32,000 nucleotides of DNA. Source: Desulfocapsa sulfexigens DSM 10523 (GTDB lineage Bacteria; Desulfobacterota; Desulfobulbia; Desulfobulbales; Desulfocapsaceae). The notes under the pieces were generated by a model. It ran no database searches and was not told where the DNA came from. It saw only the letters and a program-made list of their open reading frames with translations. Made by a program: the position numbers and the translations under genes. Shown here piece after piece: positions 1 to 9,363 of the stretch. The DNA is taken from positions 1,800,001 through 1,832,000 of the forward strand of contig NC_020304.1 in assembly GCF_000341395.1 (NCBI RefSeq), read 5' to 3'. Position 1 is the stretch's first letter. Each line of letters begins with the position of its first letter.

Positions 1-608
1 TGTCATACATCCAGACTGTAAGCTTTTTGTCTACAAAATGTTCACTTTTCAAAGAGGCAGTGAAAAGAACTTAGAAATTCGGGCTGTTTTTTTCAAGGGG
101 GGATTGATGAAGAAGGGTTGTTTTGGGGAGTTTTTAGGGGAGTTACGTCTATGGTAACGGGGGTGTGTGTTCGTGTGAAGTGTGGTGTATGGAAGGCCAA
201 AAAAAAATTAAAAAAAGAAAATTCAGGGAAAATCGAGTGTACTCCCTGATATAGCGTGAACCTCTGATGTCGTTGTGTGTTTTGTTGAGATATTTGTCGT
301 TTTGTTTAGTAATTTTGAATTATTTGGAGTTAAAGAAAAACGGAAATTTGTTGATAACTTGCCCTGATGCTGACTAACGTGTGAAGATAACAGCATATTG
401 AAGAGGTCAGGCTGTTCGGCCTATGAATAAAGGGTTTGAAAGAGGTGATTTCTGCAATCCCGTCTCTGCTGGGCTGTTTGGGGAGTGGGTGATAATATGT
501 GGTACTGATGGGAAAATTTGGTAGGATCGCCTTTGACCGAAATCGGGAAGTGGAGTTAATTCCCCCGCATGAGTCGCGGTGCTGAATCACAGACTGTGAC
601 CATCCTAA

Positions 609-642
609 AAGAGAGGCAGGGTCGTCTGTCTCTTCTTTTCAA
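609..642 (+). terminator. Terminator-like hairpin upstream of dnaA
   Basis: AAGAGAGGCAG (609-619) pairs with CTGTCTCTCTT (626-636), 11 bp with one G-U, 6-nt loop, followed by CTTTTC. Confidence 0.5.
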
Positions 643-750
643 AGAGATGACTTTCAGTAGTTTAGAAAAAATTATTAAGGCTTGTAAAGCTGGATAATTG
701 GTGAATTTGGCGTGAATTCGTTGTCAGAAATGATACGCTGAGGATAAGAT

Positions 751-2073
751 ATGGCGTGGGAACAGGTACAAAAAGCATTAAAGGACCATCTTGGTGACTC
801 TATTTACAACCTCTGGATTGACCCTCTGGAGTGTGTTTCTTACCGTGCTGATGAGGTGAGGTTAGCTTGTCCTGATCGCTTCTATCGTGCCCATCTTGAT
901 CGTAATCATCTGGCAACGGTTCAGCAGATTGTAACTGAACTCTCCGGAAATGACTGTAAAGTTATCCTTTGTGATAAGGAAACCGCGATTCTGCCGGCAG
1001 CGCAACCAAAGGGACAGCTCAGGTTGCCGCATATTCCTGAACGAAAATCCGTTGTGCGCGCTCTACACCCAAGGTATACCTTTGATGCCTTTATGCTCGG
1101 TGAGTCAAACCTTCTTGCTCAGTCTGCATGCAAGTCAATGATTAACGGAGATGATACGGTTGGATCCTGTCTCTATATTAATAGTTCAACCGGTCTTGGC
1201 AAAAGTCATTTAACTCATGCGGTAGCCCATGCTCTCCTGGCCGATTCTCCCCAAACCAGACTGCGTTATGTAACTGCTCAGCAGTTCGCTTCTGAAATGG
1301 TGCGCAGTATTCAGAGCAGAAGTATGGATACGTTTAAATCGGTTTATCACGATCATTGTGATTTTCTGCTCGTGGAAGATATTCACTCTTTACAGGGGAA
1401 AAAGAAAACCCAGGAAGAGATGAACGAATTGCTCGACGCCCTTATCAAGAGTGGTAAACGGGTCATTCTCACAGCAAATAATGCGCCAAGGGATCTTAAG
1501 GGTATTGATAATGAATTTCGTTCCCGCATGGGTGCCGGACTTGTGACAACCATTCAGGCACCTGATCTGGCCACCCGATATCGTATTGTGGAGCATAAGG
1601 CAGTGCAGAGTGGTTTGAATCTGGAAGAGGATGTTATTTCTTATATTAGTCAGCAGATTCAAGGTGATGTGCGACGTATAGAGTCAGCTCTTCTTTCACT
1701 GAGCGCTAAGGCGACTCTTGCTGGTGGGGCTGTTGAAATGGATATGGTGCGTGACGTTGTCGCTGAGATTGTGGGTTTATCGACTAATCTGACAACCACC
1801 CTTATTGGAGAGATTATCAGTCGTGAGTTCAATGTGAGTTATAAGGACCTGCAGTCGCGGTCTCGAAAAAAGGTCATTAGTTTTCCTCGTCAGGTTGCCA
1901 TGTATCTCGGGCGTAAGCATACTGAAGAGTCTCTCGGTGAGATTGGAAAAGTTTTTAACCGAAATCACGCCACTGTCCTTCATGCTGTCAAGGTCGTTTC
2001 TGAACTCTGCAGGTGTGATACTTCAGTGCGTCGTCAGATGGAAATTTTAGATCGAAAAATGGCCGAAATGTAG
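751..2073 (+). CDS. dnaA: Chromosomal replication initiator protein DnaA (divergent)
   Basis: 440-aa ORF; AAA+ region with TGLGKSHLTHAV, LLVEDIHSLQGKKKTQEE, FRSRMGAGL; C-terminal domain with RQVAMYLGRKHTEESLGEIGKVFNRNHATVLHA. Confidence 0.93.
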   Translation: MAWEQVQKALKDHLGDSIYNLWIDPLECVSYRADEVRLACPDRFYRAHLDRNHLATVQQIVTELSGNDCKVILCDKETAILPAAQPKGQLRLPHIPERKSVVRALHPRYTFDAFMLGESNLLAQSACKSMINGDDTVGSCLYINSSTGLGKSHLTHAVAHALLADSPQTRLRYVTAQQFASEMVRSIQSRSMDTFKSVYHDHCDFLLVEDIHSLQGKKKTQEEMNELLDALIKSGKRVILTANNAPRDLKGIDNEFRSRMGAGLVTTIQAPDLATRYRIVEHKAVQSGLNLEEDVISYISQQIQGDVRRIESALLSLSAKATLAGGAVEMDMVRDVVAEIVGLSTNLTTTLIGEIISREFNVSYKDLQSRSRKKVISFPRQVAMYLGRKHTEESLGEIGKVFNRNHATVLHAVKVVSELCRCDTSVRRQMEILDRKMAEM

Positions 2074-2248
2074 ACTGGGACTGCCTCGAATTTCTCTTTT
2101 TTGTCAGCAGAATTCTCTTCCTGTCCTATCCTTTGTTGTGCACTCCTGTTTTTTCAATATGGCTTTGGTTTGCTAAATCGTCTATGATGGGGCATGTTTT
2201 CATGCCTTGAGCAATTTAATCATACTAGAAGAAATTTGAGGAACTCCT

Positions 2249-4474
2249 ATGACCACCCAAGAGATTATTTATACCAAAGTTGACGAGGCGCCTTCTCTGG
2301 CCTCCTATTCGCTCCTGCCAATTTTACAAGGATTCACAAAGGGATCCGGGTTCTCATTGGTGGAAAAAGATATTTCCCTGGCAGGTCGTATTCTTGCCAA
2401 TTTCCCAGAGAAACTCACCCCTGGGCAACGAGTTGCCGATGATTTAGGGGAACTTGGTCGGCTTGTCAAGGAGCCTGAGGCCAATATCGTTAAGTTGCCC
2501 AATATCAGTGCTTCCATCCCGCAGCTTACCGGGGCAATTAAGGAACTTCAGGACAAGGGATACGATATTCCTGATTATCCTGCAGAGCCTCGGAATGATA
2601 AAGAAAAAGAATTGCATGTTCGTTACTCCAGGGTGTTGGGTAGTGCGGTGAATCCAGTGTTGCGAGAGGGGAATTCTGATCGCAGGGCTGCCGCATCAGT
2701 GAAGAAAAATGGCCAGAAAAACCCTCATCGTATGATGAAGGAATGGCCGAGTGCGTCTCAATGTCGTGTAAGCCACATGGATGATGGAGACTTTTACGGG
2801 AGTGAAAAATCGGTCACTGTCAGTACTCCATGTGATGTGAGGATTGAGTGTGAATCAGAAGATGGCACAGTAACCGTATTAAATTCCAGTGTTCCGCTTC
2901 TTGCAGGTGAGGTGATCGATGCATCGGTCATGAATGTCCGCAGGTTGCGTCAGTTTTTTGCAGATCAGATTGCGGTGGCTAAAAAAGAGGGGCTTCTGCT
3001 TTCGCTTCATCTAAAAGCAACTATGATGAAAGTTTCCGATCCCATCATGTTTGGTCACTGTGTTTCCGTTTTTTACAAGGATGTTTTTGATAAACATGGG
3101 GAGTTGTTCGCGACCCTTGGAGTGAACGTCAATAATGGAATTGCTGACGTTTACGACCGTATTGGGGCACTGGGAAACACTCAGCAGGAAGAGATAAAGA
3201 ATGATATAATGGCAACCTATGAACGCAATTGTGAGCTTGCCATGGTCGATTCCAGTAAGGGGATTACCAATCTCCATGTGCCTAATAATATTATTATTGA
3301 TGCTTCCGTCCCCGTTGTTGTCCGTGATGGGGGCAGGATGTGGGGGGCGGACGATAAGCTTCATGATACCAATGCCATGATTCCTGATCGTTGTTATGCC
3401 ACAATCTACCGGGAGGTCGTGCTTGACTGTCAAAAAAATGGTGCCTTTGATCCAGCTACCATGGGCAGTGTTTCAAATGTCGGTCTCATGGCTCAGAAGG
3501 CTGAGGAGTATGGATCCCACGATAAGACGTTTGAGGCACCGGTGAATGGCACTGTCCGCGTGGTTGACGAAACAGGAAAGATACTTCTTGAACAGAGTGT
3601 TGAGAAGGGTGATATCTTCAGGATGTGTCAGACCAAGGATGCACCTGTTCGTGACTGGGTGAAACTTGCGGTAACTCGTGCCAGGGCAACTGGCTCTCCA
3701 GCCCTCTTCTGGCTTGACCCGGATCGTGCTCATGACGCCGAAATTATTGCCAAGGTAAAACAGTATCTTTCAAATCACGATACAACGGATCTTGACGTTC
3801 GTCTTGTTACTCCTGTCCAGGGGATGCAGGAATCTCTCAGGCGTATCAGAAAGGGAGAGGATACAATCTCGGTGACAGGCAATGTTCTTCGTGATTACTT
3901 AACTGATCTTTTCCCAATTTTAGAGCTTGGAACCAGTGCTAAGATGTTATCCATTGTTCCCCTTATGAATGGTGGCGGCCTCTTTGAAACAGGGGCTGGC
4001 GGGTCTGCCCCCAAGCATGTCCAACAGCTGTTGACTGAAGGTCATTTGCGCTGGGATTCTCTGGGTGAGTTCTGCGCTATGGTGCCCTCTTTTGAGCACC
4101 TTTCTGCAACATTTAAAAATGAGAAGGCGGCACTCTTTGCCGAGACACTGGATCAGGCTATTGGGGATTTTCTCGCAAGCGAGAAGTCACCGTCCCGCAG
4201 AGTCGGTGAGATTGATACCCGAGGCAGTCACTTTTATCTGGCACTGAGCTGGGCAAGGGTACTTGCTACACAGACAAAAGATATTGATTTGCAGAAAAAA
4301 TTTACTGCTGTCGCCAAGGCACTTACTGATAATGAAACAGAAATTGTTGATGAAATGATCAGTTGTCAGGGGCAGGCGGTTGACGTGGGTGGTTACTATA
4401 TGCCGGAGTTGTCTAAGGTCTCTGCTGTTATGCGTCCAAGTAAGACATTCAATAGAATTGTTGATGGATCGTAG
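2249..4474 (+). CDS. icd: NADP-dependent isocitrate dehydrogenase, monomeric type
   Basis: 741-aa ORF; length and motifs such as [21 protein letters not shown] and [19 protein letters not shown] are typical of monomeric IDH; RBS-like TGAGGA upstream. Confidence 0.93.
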   Translation: MTTQEIIYTKVDEAPSLASYSLLPILQGFTKGSGFSLVEKDISLAGRILANFPEKLTPGQRVADDLGELGRLVKEPEANIVKLPNISASIPQLTGAIKELQDKGYDIPDYPAEPRNDKEKELHVRYSRVLGSAVNPVLREGNSDRRAAASVKKNGQKNPHRMMKEWPSASQCRVSHMDDGDFYGSEKSVTVSTPCDVRIECESEDGTVTVLNSSVPLLAGEVIDASVMNVRRLRQFFADQIAVAKKEGLLLSLHLKATMMKVSDPIMFGHCVSVFYKDVFDKHGELFATLGVNVNNGIADVYDRIGALGNTQQEEIKNDIMATYERNCELAMVDSSKGITNLHVPNNIIIDASVPVVVRDGGRMWGADDKLHDTNAMIPDRCYATIYREVVLDCQKNGAFDPATMGSVSNVGLMAQKAEEYGSHDKTFEAPVNGTVRVVDETGKILLEQSVEKGDIFRMCQTKDAPVRDWVKLAVTRARATGSPALFWLDPDRAHDAEIIAKVKQYLSNHDTTDLDVRLVTPVQGMQESLRRIRKGEDTISVTGNVLRDYLTDLFPILELGTSAKMLSIVPLMNGGGLFETGAGGSAPKHVQQLLTEGHLRWDSLGEFCAMVPSFEHLSATFKNEKAALFAETLDQAIGDFLASEKSPSRRVGEIDTRGSHFYLALSWARVLATQTKDIDLQKKFTAVAKALTDNETEIVDEMISCQGQAVDVGGYYMPELSKVSAVMRPSKTFNRIVDGS

Positions 4475-4504
4475 TGGGATGCACTGACTTCGGTGAGATG
4501 GGTG

Positions 4505-4555
4505 ACGGGGTGGATGCTGGATGCACCTGCTATTTACCCCGTTGCTTTTTTTTTA
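4505..4555 (+). terminator. Possible rho-independent terminator after icd
   Basis: ACGGGGT (4505-4511) / ACCCCGT (4536-4542) followed by TGC and a T-run; loop is long (24 nt). Confidence 0.45.
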
Positions 4556-4752
4556 TCTTCCCATGACACCGTGTAAGAACTCTCCTGTTGTGGGGCCAGG
4601 AAAAATAAGCCGTGAAGTTTGTAGTCCCATGTGCTGCGTTATGAACATTTTGTAAACAAAAAAGTAACGCATCAACTGCACTCTATTGTTTTACTAAATG
4701 TTCCCCCCCCTCAAAAAAAAAAGGGTACTGAGAAAAACACGAGAAAGGCGGG

Positions 4753-6156
4753 CTAGAAGTAGACCTTTTTCACTTCAGCGTTATCTTCTCCATCATCCTG
4801 TTCGCCCTGCCTGATTGCCTCACTCACGCGAAAGGCGGTTTTGATCATATCGTTAAGCCCAATACCTTCCCATCCAAATCCTGTAACATACAGCCCCTTT
4901 TCTTCTTTCATTATTGTATTGCGCCATTTGAGAAGTGCGGGGTACCCCTTTTCCAGTTGTGGGATTCCCCAAGGCGAGCGAAGGACTCTGGCGTATTCTG
5001 GCGGTTGGGGAAGGTTCAGGAGTTGCTGTAAATCCTGCACTGCCTTTTGAATCAATGTGTCATCGTCGAGTTCAAGGCGTTCGGGGTGTCTACGTCCTCC
5101 AATCAGTGCTTCCAGCAGAATATGGTCCTTTGGGGCACGACCTGGAAACATGTTGGAGGAGAAAAGTGCCCCAAGGCAAAACCGCTGTTCCCGTTCCGGT
5201 GCCAGATAACCAAAACCTGGGGGGATATGTGCTTCCTGGCCAAAACCCATGGCAATGGTGACAATTCGGGCTTCGGGGATTGTTGCAACTGGTGCTGCTG
5301 TAACACTATTTGCTAGAAGAGAAAGAGACGCGTTGACGGGCAGTGCCAGCACAAGATTACGGCAGCTATAGGTTGTCTCTGCCGTTGTCACTTCCCAGCC
5401 GTTGCTGTTTCGTGAAATTCGTGTTGCAGGACAGTTTCTGTGTATCTCGTCATTGCTTAAATTTTCGTATAGGCGCTCCGCCAATCTCCCCATGCCGGTA
5501 GGAAAACTGGTCATGGCGGGAAGGCCCTTCTTTTTCCCAGGTTGCTTTGCCTTTTTTCCTGCCTTCATCTTTTTTAACAGACCGTAGATGACGGAGCCAT
5601 GCTCCTGCTCAATCTTGCGTACTCCGGGCATCACGCCATCAATAACCAGTCGTTCCAGATCTCCTGCGTAGGTTCCTGTAAAAACTGCGTCAACGTAGGG
5701 GAGTAATGCTTTGCCAAAACGGTATTTAACCCATTCACCTACCGTGGGCTCACCCTGCAAAGGTTTCTTGAAAAAGTCGCCGGCAACGCGCAGCTTGGCG
5801 AGAGGAGAGATAAGTGGGGCTGCAAGAATTTTCAGCGGTGATTGGGGGATGAGTCTGAGTGTGGCATCCATGCAGACATAGCGAACAAACTGGGAAAGAG
5901 GTGCCTTGAGGCACTCTTTGTCAAGTCCTGTTTCTCTGAGGAGCGTCTGCGATTCCAGACAGTTGTCGAGGAATCCGTGAGGGCCACCCTCGGCAATGTA
6001 ACCGGACTCTGCATGGCTGGAGATAGCACCTCCTGCTCTGTCAGACTGTTCGAGCAGGAGAATGGAATGGCCCGGGATCTGTTTCAGTTTCCAGGCAACC
6101 GTCAGCCCTGAAAGCCCGGCTCCGATGATCAGCGTATCTTTTTTCATTGATTCCAT
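4753..6156 (-). CDS. hemY: Protoporphyrinogen oxidase, HemY-type FAD enzyme
   Basis: 467 aa; N-terminal FAD motif DTLIIGAGLSGLTVAWKL, EGGPHGFLDN, C-terminal YVTGFGWEGIGLNDMIKTAFRVSEAI. Confidence 0.85.
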   Translation of the reverse strand: MESMKKDTLIIGAGLSGLTVAWKLKQIPGHSILLLEQSDRAGGAISSHAESGYIAEGGPHGFLDNCLESQTLLRETGLDKECLKAPLSQFVRYVCMDATLRLIPQSPLKILAAPLISPLAKLRVAGDFFKKPLQGEPTVGEWVKYRFGKALLPYVDAVFTGTYAGDLERLVIDGVMPGVRKIEQEHGSVIYGLLKKMKAGKKAKQPGKKKGLPAMTSFPTGMGRLAERLYENLSNDEIHRNCPATRISRNSNGWEVTTAETTYSCRNLVLALPVNASLSLLANSVTAAPVATIPEARIVTIAMGFGQEAHIPPGFGYLAPEREQRFCLGALFSSNMFPGRAPKDHILLEALIGGRRHPERLELDDDTLIQKAVQDLQQLLNLPQPPEYARVLRSPWGIPQLEKGYPALLKWRNTIMKEEKGLYVTGFGWEGIGLNDMIKTAFRVSEAIRQGEQDDGEDNAEVKKVYF

Positions 6157-6196
6157 GTCCTGATGATAGTTTGTCTGGCCCAGCGTGACGGAATGC

Positions 6197-6224
6197 TTGA
6201 CAGTAAAACATATGTGCTTATCAT
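6197..6224 (+). promoter_or_regulatory. Candidate sigma70 promoter for htpG
   Basis: TTGACA (6197-6202), 16-nt spacer, TATCAT (6219-6224). Confidence 0.45.
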
Positions 6225-6252
6225 TTTGGCCGACTTGATAAGAAAAAGCAAT

Positions 6253-6282
6253 GGAATTGAGGGTGGTTTTCCCCTTAATTCC
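6253..6282 (+). promoter_or_regulatory. Hairpin in htpG 5' leader
   Basis: GGAATTGAGGG (6253-6263) pairs with CCCTTAATTCC (6272-6282), 11 bp with one G-U, 8-nt loop, about 13 nt before the Shine-Dalgarno GAGGAGG. Confidence 0.5.
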
Positions 6283-6309
6283 TTATGAATTGTAAGAGGA
6301 GGAAGTACA

Positions 6310-8181
6310 ATGACAAACCAGGCTACAACCCATGAATTTCAAGCAGAAACAAAAAGACTTCTGGATATCGTAATCAATTCGCTTTACACCGAGCGTGATA
6401 TTTTTATCCGGGAGCTTATCTCCAACAGCTCGGATGCACTTGAAAAGATGCGCCATGAGAGTTTAACCAAAGAAGATGTCTTTGATGCTCACGTTCCCCT
6501 GGAGGTGAGTATTGATCTTGATGAAGAAAAGCATACCATGACAATCACCGATACTGGTATTGGAATGACACGGGCAGAGCTTGAAACTAATCTTGGAACT
6601 ATTGCCCATTCCGGTTCGGGCAAATTTGTTGCGGAGCTGGCAGAAGCTGCACGTAAGGATGTGAATCTTATTGGTCAGTTTGGAGTAGGCTTTTATGCAG
6701 CCTTTATGGCGGGCAGCAAGGTGACTGTGCAGAGTCGTTCCTGGGACGGATCTGAAGGAAATGAGTGGGTTTCAGAAGGCGCAGGAAGTTTCACTATCTC
6801 CGAAAAACCGGGTCTTCACCGTGGCACAAAAATTATTATAGAACTGAAAGATGATGCCCATGATTATGACAAGAAATGGAAAGTTGAGGGCATTATCAAG
6901 CAGTACTCCACTTTTGTCCCCTTTCCCATCAAGCTTGAAGGTGAGACCGTAAACACGGTTCAGGCCATCTGGACCAGAAATAAAAGTGAGATCACCGACG
7001 AAGAGTACAATGATTTCTATAAATTTGTCGGAAATGCATTTGACGAGCCTCATTATCGACTCCATTTTTCAGTTGATGCCCCACTTGCCATTAATGCGGT
7101 TCTGTTTGCCCCTAAGGAAAACTTCGAAGCCATGGGGTTTGGCCGTGTTGATCCCGGTGTGAACCTCTACTGTCAGAAGGTTTTGATCGATCAGCATTCA
7201 GAGAACATCCTTCCCGAGTGGCTACGTTTTCTGAAGGGTGTGGTGGATAGCGAAGATCTACCTCTTAATATCTCCCGTCAGGCTCTTCAGGACAATGCGC
7301 TGGTTATGAAACTCCGTAAGGTGATCACCAAGCGGTTTTTGAAGTTTCTGGCAGAGGAGGCCAAGCGTGATTCCGAATACTACCTTGATTTCTGGAACAC
7401 CTTTGGCATTTACTTGAAAGAGGGGGTTACTTCGGATTTCGAATTTCAGAAGGAACTGGCACAGCTTGTCCGGTTTGAGTCCTCTCGCTCCGAAGATGGC
7501 AAGCCCACCTCACTTGCTGAGTATGTTGAGCGGATGGCAGAAGGACAGGAAGAAATTTATTATATCAATGGTCCTAGTCGTGCAGCCATCGAGGCTGGTC
7601 CCTATGTTGAGATGTTTAAAAAGAAAAACATCGAAATTGTCTATACCATGGAGCCGATCGATGACTTTGTGCTCAACCATTTGGGTGAGTTTGAGGGCAA
7701 GAAACTGGTTTCCGCTGATCGTGCAGATCTTGATCTCTCAAAGAGCGGTGATGATACGGACAGCGATGAGGAGACTGCCGAAAAACTGAGCAGCGGTGAC
7801 AGCAGTGATCTTCTGACCTGGTTGAAGAAAACCCTTGAGGATAAGGTCGCTGAAGTAATTGAGTCTAAGCGTCTGGTGGACTCCCCGGCAATGATTGTCA
7901 ACCCCGATGGCTATATGACTTCTTCCATGGAGCGGATTATGGCGGCAAGTCGTATGGAGAAGGGTCTTGCCCACGAGGCCAGTAAAAAGAATCTTGAGGT
8001 CAACCTTTCAAGTCCGCTGATCAAACAGCTTGCGGATCTTGTTAAAAGTGATGAGTCCTTTGCCTCTGATGTGGCATTCCAGATCTATGATAATGCAATG
8101 ATTCAGGCAGGTCTTGTGGTTGATCCTATGGTGATGGTAGAGAGGAACTACAAAATTCTAAGTAAGGCTGTTGGTGTTTGA
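6310..8181 (+). CDS. htpG: Molecular chaperone HtpG (Hsp90 family)
   Basis: 623 aa; ELISNSSDALEKMRHESLT, TDTGIGMTRAEL, GTIAHSGSGKF, GQFGVGFYAAFM, DLPLNISRQALQ. Confidence 0.98.
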   Translation: MTNQATTHEFQAETKRLLDIVINSLYTERDIFIRELISNSSDALEKMRHESLTKEDVFDAHVPLEVSIDLDEEKHTMTITDTGIGMTRAELETNLGTIAHSGSGKFVAELAEAARKDVNLIGQFGVGFYAAFMAGSKVTVQSRSWDGSEGNEWVSEGAGSFTISEKPGLHRGTKIIIELKDDAHDYDKKWKVEGIIKQYSTFVPFPIKLEGETVNTVQAIWTRNKSEITDEEYNDFYKFVGNAFDEPHYRLHFSVDAPLAINAVLFAPKENFEAMGFGRVDPGVNLYCQKVLIDQHSENILPEWLRFLKGVVDSEDLPLNISRQALQDNALVMKLRKVITKRFLKFLAEEAKRDSEYYLDFWNTFGIYLKEGVTSDFEFQKELAQLVRFESSRSEDGKPTSLAEYVERMAEGQEEIYYINGPSRAAIEAGPYVEMFKKKNIEIVYTMEPIDDFVLNHLGEFEGKKLVSADRADLDLSKSGDDTDSDEETAEKLSSGDSSDLLTWLKKTLEDKVAEVIESKRLVDSPAMIVNPDGYMTSSMERIMAASRMEKGLAHEASKKNLEVNLSSPLIKQLADLVKSDESFASDVAFQIYDNAMIQAGLVVDPMVMVERNYKILSKAVGV

Positions 8182-8219
8182 GCCACTTAGGTATTGAAAA
8201 AAGCACTTCATCACGCTAT

Positions 8220-8271
8220 AGAACGGTTGGAAATCACTAACTCTACGGTTTTTTCAACCGTTCTTTTTTTT
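8220..8271 (+). terminator. Rho-independent terminator after htpG
   Basis: AGAACGGTTG (8220-8229) / CAACCGTTCT (8255-8264) followed by a T-run. Confidence 0.8.
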
Positions 8272-8285
8272 AGCTGGAGATTCCT

Positions 8286-8684
8286 ATGCTAAACAGTATT
8301 CGTTTTTTTGGTTTTTCATGTATTCTTTTTCTGATTCTTGGGTTGACGGGTTGTTCCGGAACACCTACGCGTCACCTGGTCTCCGATGTAAGCATGATTA
8401 CATCCGGTCAGTCCTCCCGTGAGGATGTGCTTGCTCTTATGGGAGTCCCTGATTCTAAACGTATGGTGACTCCTGCTATCGAGGAGTGGGTCTACTACGA
8501 AGAGGATCGGGCGCTCCTTCAGAGTACACCGTTTGTAGGTGGAGTTTTTAATGCTGACGGTTATAACATGGTGCTTATCACCTTCTCCGGGGATATGGTG
8601 GCAACCTGCAATTATCGCGGATACCTTGATGATGAGTTTGACTGGCAGGACGATTATTCCTGGCAGGAGACTGAAAAGCAGTGA
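8286..8684 (+). CDS. Small lipoprotein, SmpA/OmlA-like fold suggested
   Basis: 132 aa; signal peptide with lipobox LTGC; SGQSSREDVLALMGVPD resembles SmpA/OmlA (BamE-like) domains. Confidence 0.65.
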   Translation: MLNSIRFFGFSCILFLILGLTGCSGTPTRHLVSDVSMITSGQSSREDVLALMGVPDSKRMVTPAIEEWVYYEEDRALLQSTPFVGGVFNADGYNMVLITFSGDMVATCNYRGYLDDEFDWQDDYSWQETEKQ

Positions 8685-9325
8685 CAGACCATTTTGTCAC
8701 AGTGCGGGAGCGCATGGTACAGGAGCAACTCCTGTGCCGTGGTATCAGTGATGAACGGGTTTTGAAGGTTATGTCAGAGGTGCCCAGGCATCTTTTTGTT
8801 GAGGATGCTCAACGAGCAAGAGCCTACGGCGACCATCCTCTTCCCATCGCCAGTGATCAGACGATTTCTCAGCCTTTCGTTGTGGCGGCTATGACTCAGG
8901 CACTGCACCTGCAAGGAACGGAAAGGGTTCTTGAAATTGGCACTGGTTCAGGATATCAGGCCGCTGTACTCTCCAGGTTGTGCGAGAAAGTGTTTACTGT
9001 TGAGCGAGTGCATATTCTCCTCTCTGGAGCCCGTAAGGTTTTTGATCAGCTCCATTACTATAATATCCTCTCCCGTCTTGATGATGGCACCATGGGCTGG
9101 CAGGAGCATGCGCCCTATGATGCGATCATTGTCACAGCAGGTGGCCCCGAGATTCCCCAACCCTTGATAGATCAGCTTGCAGATCCCGGTCGCATGGTGA
9201 TTCCTGTCGGTGAACGTGAAGTGCAGGAGTTGCTTCTTCTCACGAAGCAGGATGGTGAGGTTGCCGTCGAACGCCTCGAAAGCGTCCGTTTCGTAAGTCT
9301 GATTGGAGAGCATGGGTGGAAATGA
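8681..9325 (+). CDS. pcm: Protein-L-isoaspartate O-methyltransferase
   Basis: 214 aa; GTG start overlapping the previous stop; VPRHLFVEDAQRARAYGDHPLPIASDQTISQPFVVAAMTQ and VLEIGTGSGYQAAVLS. Confidence 0.95.
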   Translation: MTDHFVTVRERMVQEQLLCRGISDERVLKVMSEVPRHLFVEDAQRARAYGDHPLPIASDQTISQPFVVAAMTQALHLQGTERVLEIGTGSGYQAAVLSRLCEKVFTVERVHILLSGARKVFDQLHYYNILSRLDDGTMGWQEHAPYDAIIVTAGGPEIPQPLIDQLADPGRMVIPVGEREVQELLLLTKQDGEVAVERLESVRFVSLIGEHGWK

Positions 9326-9363
9326 CAGTGATGTTTGTTGCTTCTGTGGCAAGATAAAAGGTT

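Noticed and set aside
330-590. Minus-strand 86-aa ORF upstream of dnaA
   Set aside because: No recognisable motifs and biased composition; overlaps the region with plausible RNA helices.
45-648. 12-mer CTTTTCAAAGAG at 45-56 and 637-648
   Set aside because: Short A/T-rich direct repeat; could be chance, kept only as a note for origin analysis.
2192-2207. GGCATG-tttt-CATGCC hairpin between dnaA and icd
   Set aside because: Only 6 bp and without a T-run; could be a weak operator but not strong enough to call.
4700-4740. C-run plus A-run downstream of hemY
   Set aside because: Simple homopolymer tracts in a convergent intergenic space; no structure supporting a specific role.
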